Assembly (NCBI GenBank): GCA_964016885.1
Contig: OZ024748.1
Coordinates: forward strand, 5,704,001 to 5,768,000
Length of the DNA stretch: 64,000 nt
Direction: 5' to 3'
Source: Eledone cirrhosa
Taxonomy: Eukaryota
The translations under genes and the position numbers were made by a program. The notes beneath the pieces were generated by a model, which saw only the letters and a program-made list of their open reading frames with translations, had not been told where the DNA came from and did no database searches. Of this stretch, positions 16,401 through 31,527 are shown piece by piece. Each line of letters starts with the position of its first letter. Position 1 is the stretch's first letter.

Positions 16401-16807
16401 CCCTCATACACAAACACATACAAAAACACACACACAAACACACGAACACACGCTTCACAAAGAACGATGCAATTCTTCTTGCTCCTATTGTCCTCCTCTT
16501 CCTATCCCTCTCGTCCTTCCCTCCTCCTCCTTCTCGCCAGTTGGTGTATTGGATTACGATTTAACAGACTGTGAACGGCGCGGACAATCGATCGCATTTT
16601 CATTACATATCGGCCAAAGCCACTCAGTGTTATGTTTGATGTGTCAGCCATTTTTTTTCTACTTTTATTATTTTTTTTATTGTGTTGCTTTTAATTTTTT
16701 TTCCTTCTTCTTTTGAGGATCGGCAGCAAAAATAAGCCGAGTGTGTCATCCGTTAGGTAGCAGTGCACGGTAGAGCGATTGTATTAAAATAGAGGCGGTG
16801 GTGCAGG

Positions 16808-16808
<1 letters not shown>

Positions 16809-16891
<83 letters not shown>

Positions 16892-16938
16892 TGGTAGTAG
16901 TAGTAGTGGTAGTGGTAGTAGTGGTAGTGGTAGTAGTG

Positions 16939-16975
<37 letters not shown>

Positions 16976-17013
16976 TGGTAGTAGTAGTAGTGGTAGTGGT
17001 AGTAGTGGTAGTG

Positions 17014-17054
<41 letters not shown>
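16809..17054. repeat. (GTA)n microsatellite with patterned GTG interruptions
   Basis: Direct reading. Confidence 0.95.
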
Positions 17055-17055
<1 letters not shown>

Positions 17056-17188
17056 AGAAGGGGCGAGAAGTCTGTAGTATATAGACATAGGATACTATGG
17101 AATTGAATAGAAAACAATAGAATATGGTAGAAAGTACAATACGACATACAGACACATATATATACATACACACACGCATATATATATA

Positions 17189-17258
<70 letters not shown>

Positions 17259-17557
17259 GAGAGAGAGAGAAAGAGTGAGATAGTGTGAGAGAAAGGGGGA
17301 GACTATTGAGCCTTACATTCTATTGATGTATATATATATAAAATATATGATATATTATTTTATATTATATCATATTGTGTGTGTGTGTAATCGTTAGAGA
17401 TTGGGATGAAATGTCTTGAGGAATTTGTTCCGGGCTTTTACATTCTAAGTTCAAATCAATATTTCGGAGTGTTAGAGACGAGTCACACCTCTCACTCTCA
17501 GTATAATATACCCCCCCCCCCCCCCACATATACACATATATATATACATACACACAT

Positions 17558-17590
<33 letters not shown>

Positions 17591-19037
17591 AAGCGGAAAT
17601 GCTAAGCAAAGCAATACGAAGAGTATCCATTCAATTTAAAAAATGATGAGAGATAAAAAATTTATATATAAACATACACACGTGGTCAATACTTTTGCTA
17701 AGTAACAATAGCCAATATATATTGAGTACAAGTTCATTGGAGACGAGCTGCCGCCAATTTGTATACTCCACTAATACCTACACCACCACCAATGTTTTCT
17801 CCATGACCATTAATGCTTTCTCCGCCACCACATATGGTGACTCCACCACCACAATTAATGCCTGCACCATCACTAATTCTTTCTCAACCACCAAAAAATG
17901 CCGTCGACACCACCAACACTACCCTCGCCTCAGTCATTACTACATTCCATTATTTCTTCTACCCTGTACCTGTCAATGACCAACGAATTGTGTCGTGCAG
18001 CTCAAACAGCCATCATTTAATAGAGCAACGGCTTCCGTTGAACTCAACAGAATTTCAAACCAGCAGCTTAGTAGACGATAGAGAGGCACAAATATTGGTG
18101 CAGAAATGTGTGTGTATGAGTAACTGAATTCATGTGGTTGTATACGTATGTGTATTCTGTGTTATTTATTCTATATCTTCCTATGCAACCATTGCACTTG
18201 CATACTTCTTTCTGAATATAATATTCAAATGTAGAATTGTAGTAATTATTACTATTGTTGTTCAAGTCTTTCTTAAAATTAAGTTTATTAAAAGAAATTA
18301 TTTTCATAAAACTTTTAACATTATCATCTTCAATATTTTTATTGATTTACAAGATCGATACCGCGTTGGAAAAACAAGACTAACAGTATTTTTTATGACC
18401 TGAGATCAATCCAGTCGAATTAAGAATGTCTTCCTTCTCCTCGGTCTCAATAAAGTAAATTAACAGTTAAGTGAATGGGTGGATATGATCCTCTATAGTT
18501 CTAGAAATTTGTCCAAGTGTAGGGACAGGACACCTTTATCTATCATATAACGACGTTAAAGTTTGTAAGACATATATCAAATGGATGGATTAATTTAAGA
18601 ATGTTTCTTCAAAATGCATACACAAAAGTACCTTTACAGATACTTGCTATTTTGGACATATCTATAGATATTAACTAAAGACCAATGAAATTGGTGAGGA
18701 AAATAGCAATGAAGTAGAGGTATAAGTTCCAATATGTTATAGTGAGTAATGTAATTGTTGAAGTATGAGATGACAGCGAGATGGTTCTGGATTGCCGTTA
18801 CTTAATTCCTGAAGATTAATTTAATATTGTGGTTTAACAATACATCTAAAGTAAAGGATTTCTTTGAATCAGGTACGGTATGACACAGACAAGCACACAC
18901 CAAAACCTGCATATGTGTGTGCATGCACACACACACACACACACACACACACACCACACACACATTAATATATATATATATTGCATGCATATGCGTAAAT
19001 ATTCACACGCAAGTCCCGGGTGTGTGTGTGTATATAT

Positions 19038-19153
<116 letters not shown>

Positions 19154-19631
19154 GAGAGAGAGAGAGATGGATAGATAGTTTGGTGGTTAGAGAGTTGTGT
19201 TTATATGTGTATGAATGTATGTATCTATTTGTGTATATAAAAGTAGTTATACATAAATGTATGCGTGTGGTCACGCAAGTTCACATAGTTTCTCAAAGCA
19301 TCACATAAAGTAAGAAATAGAAAGGGGACTGACTCATATACTGCCCTACAAGACCTCGTTCTGGTTGGATATTTATGTTGGATAATTGGTCACTCTTTCT
19401 GCTAATATTCCTATACGGATCACTATTATTGTTATGAAGAAAGATCTTATAGACACACTGACCCCTTATAAGGAACATTAGAACGTTCAGTATCACATGC
19501 ACCTCCCTTTTCATGAGTTCCTCTTTAACCTACAGATTTCCGAGGTGGTTCCGTATATGCATTCTTTCCGAAAAATGTTCTCCTCTCGTATTTGCTTATT
19601 AATTTATTTATGAATGTATGTTTGACTTAAT

Positions 19632-19701
<70 letters not shown>

Positions 19702-21039
19702 GTATACGCGCATACACACACACACACATATATATATACATGATTATTTGTGTGTGTATGTGTTAGTGTTAGTGTGTGTGTGTTCGTGTATTTATCTGTT
19801 TGTGTGTGAGTCCGTGTATGTCTGTGAGTGTGTGTTTGCAAACACTGTTAGCTAGGTAGTCGTAGTTGTCTTTCCCTGGAACAATGCTTTGGCAGGGACT
19901 TGAAACGCGGCTCATGTTTGACAATGAAGCAAAGAAAACCCGTTGGGACTGTGGATGTGGATAAGTTCATCTTTAATGAGTAATGCAGCGGAAAGGCGGG
20001 AGAGTTTGTGACTCCCTGTGGACCGGCTTTGGCCTTTGAAACCCTAAAAGGAAAAGGGAATTGCTGTTTCCTACAAAAGGACCAGAAATATGATGATTGC
20101 GGTGGGGAGGAAACGATGAGAGGTCGATAATGAAATAGGATGCACGAAAAAAAAAAAAATGTGGAAGAAAGCTTTATGAAAATAATAGGTTTTGTATATG
20201 TGTGTTTGTGTTTCTCCGTGCATATATGTATATGTGTATATTTGCGGATGTCTTTCTCCGTGTGTTGGAACGTGTGTTCTAGAAGGAAATATTGTATGTT
20301 TGTTAATATGGCTGACTATCCAATATTTTCTATACACAATCAAAACATTGATGGATTAGTGCGCACGATTGTCGTTAGTGTTATGATGGATTCATATTAG
20401 GATGAATATTATTTCTACCTTTCTGCTGGTACCAAGTAGCGTATATTCATGAGTTATTTGTGCTGGTTGCAGGTAGTTGAGTGGAAGCTAAGCATTTTAC
20501 CTCCATCACCATTCCATCATGATATTGTATGACATTGAAGAAAATATGTACGATATATCGTCAAATATTTTGATAACCCCAGCCTACATATGTCACTAGA
20601 TAATGATTTCGCTTATATTATTATTTTTATTTAAACTGCAGCAAGTGATGTCTTGTCAAGCTGGAGCATCATGTTCACTATAGTGACCTATAATATTTAT
20701 AATGCAAAAAAATTAGCAATATTTCTAGGAAAATGCATTATGAAGTACTTAAATGTAAAGAATCTGAATATTAAATACAGAGAATCCAATGGAATACTTA
20801 AGAATACTAAAACAGAGAGGTTTAACGATTCCTATGCATGCATTCAACACTTGATGGAGTCATAGAGGCGCCGTAGTGGCAAATGATATTTCCAATATAT
20901 TTTCAGCATAGAAGAGATCATTCCTCGTCCGTTCAGTACTCATCAGATTTCAGCCTGAGAAGAGGTATAGAGGAAAAATTGGCCCCACTGGTAATTTTTT
21001 ATCGACCCCGAAATGATGAACTGCAAAGTGTTAAAAAAT

Positions 21040-21450
21040 AAGAAATACAAAGAAGTTATATGGATTGCTAAAATACAAGAATTGCTAAATTAAAGAATGT
21101 TATATGGAATGCGATAGGGAATTAAAAAAATACAACTGCTATTTAGTAGAAATACTAAAAGTTGGAGCCTTAAGAAGGTCTATATAGAATTCTAAGGTAT
21201 ACGGACTGCTATATAGAATGCTAAGATAAAGAATCTGCTATATAGAATGCTAAGATAAAGGATCTGCTATATAGAATGTTAACATATAATGAATGTTATG
21301 TTAAATGCTAATATATAAAGCGTGCTATAGGGAATACCAAAAGGAATGCTTACAAGGAATACAAAATGGAATGCTCGCAAATGATGAGCGATATATGGAA
21401 CGCTAATACAATAAATTCGATATAGAATATTAAAATATACAGTTTGCTAA
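21040..21450. repeat. Degenerate ~29-bp tandem repeat (CTGCTATATAGAATGCTAAGATAAAGAAT)
   Basis: Best-preserved units at 21206, 21235 and 21264, decaying on both sides. Confidence 0.7.
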
Positions 21451-21749
21451 AATGTTGCGCTAAATATTAAAAAAATAATAATAATTAGAAACTTTGGAGC
21501 ATGAATGATTTAAAAAAAACAAAATAGGTAATTGAACACTTCCTCATTAAAGACTAATTTTAGTTTCCAGAGTAAAAGCTACTAAATCGGTGAGTCGAAC
21601 AACATAACAGATATTTCCTCAGAGCTTTTTTTTTTTAAAAACATTTTTCGATATGTTAAAACCCCAATTAGTTTAGCTTGATGTACTTATTTTTTTGATT
21701 TATCGAATGCAAAAAGAGTCGAGAGTTTTCGAATTGGCATCAATTCCAT

Positions 21750-22268
21750 GTTCTTTCATCATTAGCAACATAATCCTTATCATATGATCGACATTATCAC
21801 CATTTTCATCAAGATTATCATTATCATCATCACCATCACAATAATATTCATCACTAAGCACTGACATCAAGGTTACCATCAACATCATAATCATCTTCAT
21901 CTTCCATATTTTGATCAGAGGATTTATGATGTGATGATGAAGGTGGTGGTGGAGTTAATGATAATGATGTTGCTGGTGATGATGATGACGATAAGGGTAA
22001 GGACAATGTTGATGTCGATGTTGGTGATGATGATGATGATGATGATGTTGGGATGATAATGATGATGACGGTGATGGTGATGATAATGATAACGATGAAG
22101 GGGTGATATTAATGACAACAATGATGATAATGATGACAATAATGACGAAACTGATGATGACGATGATGGTGATGATTGCGATGACGATGATTAACACGTT
22201 CATTATCATCAACTTCATAATTTTAATCATTATTATTGCATACCCTGTCTTCCTCCTCCTCCTTCGCC

Positions 22269-22312
<44 letters not shown>

Positions 22313-23190
22313 GCAATCGTAATTACCATTGCCTTCAACGTCATATTAGTTCATTCATTCAATCATCATCATCATCATCTACATCATCATCATCCTCAGT
22401 ATCCTTATATAACTCTTCAGCAGTTTCCATATCAGTGCCCTCCTCCTCCTCCTCACTATCATCCCCATCATCATCATCATCATCATCATCATCCTCATAT
22501 CCTCACCATCAACATAATCATCATCATCATCATCATCATTATATATCTTATCAGCAGTTTCAAAATCATCATCATCATTCTCACCATCATCACCACCATC
22601 ATCAGCATCACCGTCATCACCATCATCACCACCATCATCAGCATCACCGTCATCACCATCAGCATCACCGTCATCAGCATCACCGTCATCACCATCAGCA
22701 TCACCGTCATCACCATCATCACCACCATCATCAGCATCACCGTCATCACCATCATCACCACCATCATCAGCATCACCGTCATCACCATCATCACCACTAT
22801 CATCACCACCATCATCATCATCACCATCATCAACAGCACCACCATCATCACCACCATCATCACCATCACCATCATCAATATCTTCGTCATCATTACTATA
22901 GTCATTAGGAACTCTTATCACCATCATCACCATCACCATCATCAACACCACCACCATCATCATCACCATCATCAACACCACCACCACCATCACCATCACC
23001 ATCATCAATATCTTCGTCATCATTACTATAGTCATTAGGAACTCTTATCACCATCATCACCATCATCAACATCATCAACACCACCACCATCATCATCACC
23101 ATCATCAATATCTTCGTCATCATTACTATAGTCATTAGGAACTCTTATCACCATCATCACCAATATCATCATCATCATCATCATAATTAC
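21750..23190. repeat. CAT/GAT/CAC low-complexity region with 100-130-bp internal triplication
   Basis: TCTTCGTCATCATTACTATAGTCATTAGGAACTCTTATCA at 22881, 23011 and 23111. Confidence 0.9.
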
Positions 23191-24148
23191 CACCAACATA
23201 ACCGGTCCTTTAATTTATTAGGCAGAAAGAATCATTGTTTGTCCCTTTTTTTACCCCCTTTTTTTATAGTAATTCATGCGTTCCAATCTTTCAGCCCCAA
23301 ATTTCAAAATTAAGGCTCCGACAATTTTTTTTCAATACTTGAATATTATTAGCATGAAATAATAATAATATTATTTATAATAATAATAGTATTCATTATT
23401 ATCATTATTTCTAATATTAATTATTTTAGCACTATTATTATTGTTGTTATTTTTGTTTCTGTTATTGTTTTTTGTTTTTGTTGTTATTTTTGCTGTTGTT
23501 ATTATTGTTGTTTTTGCTGCTGCTGTTGTTGTTATTTTTGCTGCTGTTGTTGTTGTTATTTTTGCTGCTGTTGTTGTTGTTGTTTTTGCTGATGTTGTTA
23601 TTATTTTTGCTGTTGTTGTAATTTTTGCTGTTGTTGTTGTTGTTGTTGTTTTTGCTGCTGCTGTTGTTGTTATTTTTGCTGCTGCTGTTGTTGTAGTTGT
23701 TGTTGTTGATTGCTTATTAATCGTCTGATTTCGATATGTTTTTTGTTGTTTGTTTTATAATGTTAGGTCTTTGTCCTTTCGGTTATTGACTTATTTTACT
23801 TTCCATTATGTTTTGTTTTTATTCTGTTATATTTTTTCAAACTTTTTCTCCCAATCTCAAAGATTAATGAAATACTTGAATAAGAGAATGTGATCGAAAT
23901 TTTGTCTGGATTTTAGTGTGATTAGAGAAGGATAGGATCGATACATAGATTGATTGATATAGTGATTGATTGATAGAGAGTAGAACGACGAGAGATAGAG
24001 AAAGAAAGTGCAAATACACGTGAGGGAGAGAGAGAGTCCGAAGAATATAGAAAGAAAGATAGAGATTATGAGAGGGTGAAGGAGAGAATGTGATATAAGA
24101 AGAGGAAGGTGGAGAGAAAGTGAGAGAGGGAGAGAGAGAGAGAGAGGG

Positions 24149-24265
<117 letters not shown>

Positions 24266-24328
24266 TGAAGAGCAGGCTAGAAAGAGAAAAATAGTTATGT
24301 GCAGAGAGCGAGAGTGATAGACAAGCAT

Positions 24329-24388
<60 letters not shown>

Positions 24389-24404
24389 ATAGAGAGAGAG
24401 AGAA

Positions 24405-24455
<51 letters not shown>

Positions 24456-24609
24456 GAGAAGAAAGTTACCGTGTAATTAAACAGCAATACAAAGACGATG
24501 TTATTTGATGATTTGGAGAGAGAATATGCCTGGCGAAGACGGGGATAAGAAAAACAAGAACAAAACAGGATCAAGTTGATGGAGATGATGATGGTGATGG
24601 TGGTGGTGG

Positions 24610-24641
<32 letters not shown>

Positions 24642-25579
24642 GTGAAGATGATGAAGATGTGATGGTGATGATAGTGATGATTAACAACCACAAGGTAAAC
24701 AACAACAGCGAGACAACAACACCAAATAATAGCTAATGAAATAACAAAAAAAGTATATGAGTATTAAATATGATGATGATGATCATGATAATGTTGATTA
24801 TGATGATGATGATAACAATGATGATGATAATTATACAAAGGATTCATAATAATTAAGTAATCAGCAGAGCCATTTTTTTATAATGGTTGTTGTTGCTTTT
24901 CATGTACACCTTCTTCGTATCATCAATAGCATCATCATCATCGTCATCATCATCACCTGCATCATCATCATCAGGTTCACCATCACCGAGGTCATCGCTA
25001 CCTTCATTATAATCATCATCATATTCATTATAGTTATCACTCTAATCATCATAATCATCAATATTATAATTATTATTTTATTAAACTATTATTATTAATA
25101 ATATGTTTATTATTATTTTATTATTGTTATTATATTAAACTATTATTATTAATACTATACATATTATTATTTATATTATTATTAATAATATGGTTGATAT
25201 TTTTGCTGTTGTTGTTCTTAGTGGGGTCTTTTTTCTGAGTCTATTTTTTTTCTCCCAAATTCTTTTTGTGAAGGATCAAAAAATAAATTATATTTTGACT
25301 GGAAGAACAATGTTCACCTTGACAAAACATGAAATATTTTATATATTTATTTATTCATTTATATGTTTATTATTTTGTTATTATTAATTTCCTACCCACC
25401 TCCTGTACCACACCACACCGCACCCTCAAAAAACACATACACACACAAAAAAAAAAAAAATACTTTTGTTTTTGTTGTTGGTGTTGTTGTTGCTATTGTT
25501 TTTGAATTTGGATAATTGGAATAAATATTAACCAAAAACAAAACTAAGTACAAACAAATAATTAAATCTAATCAAGATC

Positions 25580-25653
<74 letters not shown>

Positions 25654-26091
25654 GAAAAATAATAATAATAATAATAATCATCATCAGAAAAAGAAAGTAA
25701 ACAAAAAGAACGAAATGAGGAGAAAGCAATTAAATTATTAATTAAATAAGTAATATCATTAAAAATGCATGAATATATTTTTTGTTCTTCTAGTATTGTT
25801 TTCATGGTTTTGAAAATAAAAGTTGTCTTTTTTTGTAGTTTTCGTGTTCTGACATTCGGAAGATGTATGTATGTATGTATGTATGTATGTATGTATGTAT
25901 GTATGTATGTATGTATGTATGTATGTATGTATGTATGTATGTATGTATGTATGTGTGTATGTATGTATGTATGTATGTATGTATGTATGTATGTATGTAT
26001 GTATGTATGTGTATATAGAAACTTATGCACAAACATATCTATTTACGTATGTATATACACATGTATATATATGAATATATGAATACAAGTT

Positions 26092-26145
<54 letters not shown>

Positions 26146-26167
26146 TATCTGGACGAAACCTATCAAA

Positions 26168-26261
<94 letters not shown>

Positions 26262-26268
26262 CACACAA

Positions 26269-26307
<39 letters not shown>

Positions 26308-27211
26308 CGCAATATTACATACAAATACACACGCACCCCCGCCTGTGTATGTGTATATATATATAGACATACACAGACATGTCAAAAACTGCACGCCAAA
26401 AAACAAAACACATATCCGTTCCTACTAACATCGTCAATAATACAAAATAATCTTAAAATTAATAAATATAAAACGAAAAGAGGACCATCAATAATTTAGT
26501 TAATGTATTGATTGAAAATCGAGTTATAATCAATGACTTCAGTGTAGAGAGCGGGAAGGGGTGAATATCACGTGATGTATGAAATAATATTAAAAATCTA
26601 AAAATAGAAAGAAATTGAAGTATTGAAAAAGTTATCCCCACTCCACTTCTTCCCTTTTAATTAGTGCATGCTTTTTTTCTATCTATTTCTCAATCTTTAC
26701 AATTAAATGAAAGCACAATAAAAATAAGAATTTCAAGACTCACAGAAGTCGTTTAATTTTTTTTTTTTTTTTTAGGTTTTGTTTTGTCTTTCCTCAAACT
26801 TCATAACATTTTCTGTGATTTTCTATGTCAAAGATTTCACAGATATGTAAATCTTGAGGATAATCTTGACAAGCCACACAGACAGACATCCCATCCATCA
26901 TCATGAAGTTTGTGATAAAATTTGATGTCTAAGGAACTTCTAAGGAGGTGTTGTTCATCTATGTATACATATATATGTATACATATATATACATATACAC
27001 ACACACATATATATATATACATATATATATATATACATATACATACATACATATATATATATTTAGTTGACAAATATATCAATATGCCTATACATGTAGA
27101 TATATTGCCCTTTGTATGACAGTGTGGTTTTAGCTCAATGTAGGATAACTAGTATACTACAGAGTCGTTATAGTTAAAGGAATAACCAAAGAGTACTTAG
27201 AAATACATAGT

Positions 27212-27268
27212 TTTATTAGCTAAGTGTTTCATCCATACATCATGGCAGGAATCTTCAGAGCCTATAAA
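27212..27268 (-). ncRNA. Degenerate type I hammerhead motif (probable PLE pLTR remnant)
   Basis: Minus: UUUAUAGGCU-CUGAAGA-UUCC...GGAU-GAAA-CAC-UU-AGCUAAUAAA; stem I GGCU/AGCU plus UUUAU/AUAAA. Confidence 0.5.
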
Positions 27269-28770
27269 CATGAGTATATCAGTAGTTGCATGCTCCATCG
27301 AGCTGCGTCACCAGAACAAGGCCGAATGACCAATGAAAGTAATATAACTGCGTAATTTTGCCTCCTGTGTTTGTGTTCTAGTTATCGACTATATATATAT
27401 ATATATGCGAACAGGAGGTACAGTTGTAGCCGCAAATTATTGATTACCCTCTGATATGGTGGGATTTAATAGAATTTCTGCTGATGTTTCAACAAGGTCG
27501 AGCAATAAACCATATAGAGAGACTTTTCGTAGCTCCAATAATTTAACGAAGGTGATATATAAAACAAAATGAAGGATCGTTGATAAAGTCTCATCAACCA
27601 TATTGAATATGCCATATTCTTTAACACTTCTGTGATTAAATATATACCCATTCATGTTTCTGTCACATTGTATCAGTTTCTGACTTCGAATATCTCTTAG
27701 TCTCTAGATGACAACAATGATAGCTATCATTCACATATCCAAAATAATCTAGAGGTTACCTTCTAAATCCAGATATGCTACTGTTATGTATCTTTCATTT
27801 ACAGATCTAATGTGATAAAAATAGTAAAAAAGTAAATGATATATGCAAGATCAAAGATCGAATATATTGATGTATCGCAGCAAATCAAGATCAAACGTGT
27901 TATAAGTTCATTTCAGTGTAAACGTAAAAGAACTTCGTCATGGTGGTTATATATCCTTTAAGATAACAAGAATAAAAAGAAACAAGAGTACAAGGTAAAT
28001 AATTTAAATCTCTCAGAAAGAAGTTTACAATTGTAAATGTTTCGGGCAGTTGTACTTCGTTTTACAAAGTAACTACACTTTTCAGGGACAATTTATACAG
28101 TCACACGACCTGTTAGAAATAGTGTTTATATCCGATTATCCAGAGATCTGTTATTGTTAAGCTGCTTTTCATATCTCGGTCAGTGCTGATCGAGTAAACC
28201 TATAATCAAAGGCATTCCATCCATTTACTTAGTACTACACGAGCCAAGGTATATTTTACCATGGCAGGTAAAATACAGTATTATTTGAAGGTGAATTTGT
28301 GTGTATTTCTAGCAAATCGATCAACCACATACAAGCTTGCTCCAAGGCTTTGTGACTTTTACTGTGACAGTGATGGAAATATTTCACGTTATATCGAGTA
28401 TTTCTTGACAGTATTAGGTGATAATAATACGGTGTCTTTGTTATATAGGTTTTGTTGTTGATGTTGGCAATGTTGGTATATATAAGGGGAAAAGGCGCTG
28501 ATGAGAGTGATGATGTAGGGAACTATGGTGGGGGTGGTGATGGGGAAATCATATTGATGGGGTGGCGATGGGGATGCTGATAGTGGAAGTCATAGTGGTG
28601 ATATTAGTTATTCATTTATGTATTTATTTCTATAATTATTTTGTTAAAACCTTATTGTATATCCCGATATATATATATGCACACACACTCTCTCTCTCTT
28701 ACATACACGCACACATACACACACATATATACATATATATATATGCATAGATACATACATATATATACAA

Positions 28771-28823
<53 letters not shown>

Positions 28824-28864
28824 TATATATATGTATACATATAGTTACAAGCATATATATATAC

Positions 28865-28943
<79 letters not shown>

Positions 28944-29141
28944 TATACATATATATATATATACAAACATATATATATACACACACATATATATATATAT
29001 ATAGACACACATATATATATATATATATATATTCATATATATACATATATATATACATATATATATACACACATATATATACATACATATATATACATAT
29101 ATATATATACATACACACATATATATACATATATATATACA

Positions 29142-29238
<97 letters not shown>

Positions 29239-29582
29239 TACGTAAATATATATACATATATATTTACATATATACATATACATATGACGCTGCTATTGAA
29301 TCTTCCATCAAAGGAATTCATTAAATCAAGTAAGTGAGAAAGAGAGAGAGAGAGAGAGAGTAACAAAAACAAACTTTATCTTTATAGCAGTTAAAAAAAC
29401 AACAACAAATACACACCGTTGCCATCAAATGACGCTACTTTTCGTGAATCTATTATCAACTTTCCACTTTCTATTTATCTCCTATTCATGTTTCTCTCTC
29501 TTTATATCTCTATATATTTGTTGATTTTTTAACCCTGCTGCCATACCATAATACCTAACACAATAGGCTAACTATATAAATA

Positions 29583-29638
29583 TATGTATGTATTTATATA
29601 TGTGTATGTGTGTGAATGTACGTATGTAACCCAGTGCG

Positions 29639-29680
<42 letters not shown>

Positions 29681-29731
29681 CGCACTGGGTTACATACGTA
29701 CATTCACACACATACACATACACATATATAA

Positions 29732-29738
<7 letters not shown>
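29583..29738. repeat. Inverted duplication around a (TA)n centre
   Basis: GTGAATGTACGTATGTAACCCAGTGCGTATG-(TA)n-CATACGCACTGGGTTACATACGTACATTCAC. Confidence 0.85.
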
Positions 29739-29779
<41 letters not shown>

Positions 29780-30085
29780 GTGGTGATTGTATATATATAT
29801 ATGTGTGTGTATGCATATATATATATATATATGTATCTGTGTGTGTGTGTGTATGTATATATATATATGTGTGTAAATATATATATATATGTGTATATAT
29901 ATATGTACATATATATATATATTTGTGTGTGTATATATATATATATACATATATATACACATGAAAGTGTGTTTGTGTTTTGGGGGTGTTTAAAATGCAC
30001 GTATATATTAAACAAAATGAAAGTGTAAACGTATGAGGGAACGATAAAACCATCAAAACTATGAATAATAAAATATTAATAATTA

Positions 30086-30086
<1 letters not shown>

Positions 30087-30118
<32 letters not shown>

Positions 30119-30128
30119 CGGTGGTGGT

Positions 30129-30208
<80 letters not shown>

Positions 30209-30218
30209 CGGTGGTGGT

Positions 30219-30268
<50 letters not shown>

Positions 30269-30278
30269 CGGTGGTGGT

Positions 30279-30358
<80 letters not shown>

Positions 30359-30368
30359 CGGTGGTGGT

Positions 30369-30433
<65 letters not shown>
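30087..30433. repeat. Compound (GTA)n-GTGGCGGTGGTG-(GCA)n repeat, four higher-order units
   Basis: GTGGCGGTGGTGGTAGCA recurs four times with variable GTA and GCA lengths. Confidence 0.95.
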
Positions 30434-30435
<2 letters not shown>

Positions 30436-30938
30436 TTAGTGTTCTCTGACAAGGCCTGCAATTTGGTGGAAATGAAATGTTGGTTACTTCGCTAGTGCTT
30501 ATTTTATCGACCCTGACCGTATGATATATAACGTGCACTAGATTTGTATTTCAAAATAAAAATTAATTTAATCCCATTACTAACTATACTGGAGTGCATT
30601 TTTCTTTCACTTAATAATGATTATTCCAAATGTAATGTCGACCATTGAAGGAATTCAACAAAATACGGCAACTAAACACCGTAAGGTATTTTTTCCAATG
30701 TTCTAACGTTTATTCCAAGGACATCTCATTTTTATGACGGGTCATAAATATAATAATTTGTAAAACTATAATGATAAGTTTAACAATATATCACACATAC
30801 GTATGCACATACACTCAGCATCACATATAAACACACGCATATACACATACAACATACACACATATATTTAATCACACATCCAGAGACCACATATTTCATT
30901 CCTGTACTTTGATATATTTGATATATATATATATATAT

Positions 30939-31527
30939 ATAGCGGCGATGAATTAGTTTTGCGAGGTTTTTTATATGAAATCGTGTGTCGAAACAGATAT
31001 TGTTATATTTGGGGAGGGTCATATTTGCGTAATATTGCCAGAATTAATAACAGAACACACTCACTGTTTGGTTGGTTTTCGCTTCTCGCTGTCTTTTATA
31101 TATATATATCTGCGATCTAGCTTACTCGGTCCTCAATGTTGCCATTGACTGACCGGCGGTCAAAAATAATACAGATACAATATAGACAAACACATATATA
31201 TATAGTTTACATAAATCTTTCGTTGCACATCTGCAACATCGTCAGTGGTGTTATATTCATTGTTCCTCCTGTTGTGTTGTATGTCTACGCCATTTTTTTT
31301 GTTCAGTCTGTCTATATATTTATTTATTTATTTGCTTGTTTGTTTATCTTATTTTATTTTGTCTTCTTTGCGCATGCGTTTGCGTGTGTGTATAGTGTTA
31401 TGTGTGATGTGTGATGTGTGACTAGTGTGTATAGTGTTGTCTGCTGGGTGACTAGTGTGTGTTTATGTGCTTGTGTATGTATTTATTTATCTTATTTTAT
31501 TTAATTTAATTTACTTATTTATTTATA
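30939..31527 (-). repeat. 3' pseudo-LTR of the PLE, including a tail that repeats the first ~28 codons of the ORF
   Basis: Identical by eye to 35069-35658 except for one T in a homopolymer (8 vs 9). Translates as MTLPKYNNICFDTRFHIKNLAKLIHRRY and then runs into (TA)n. Confidence 0.93.
31199..31256 (-). ncRNA. Minimal type I hammerhead ribozyme-like motif in the 3' pLTR
   Basis: Minus strand reads CA-CUGACGA-U-GUUGCA-GAUG-UGCAAC-GAAA-GAUUUA-UG: conserved core boxes, 6-bp stem II, near-palindromic short stem III (AGAUUU), weak interrupted stem I. Confidence 0.55.

Noticed and set aside
15862-16716. 284/212/190-aa repetitive ORFs
   Set aside because: They derive from a CA-rich minisatellite that is open in all three plus frames, with periods not divisible by 3.
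22103-23135. His-rich or Asp/Gly-rich protein (resembling cephalopod beak or shell proteins)
   Set aside because: Trinucleotide low complexity open in several frames; duplication periods of 130 and 100 bp break the frame; no signal peptide or splice support.
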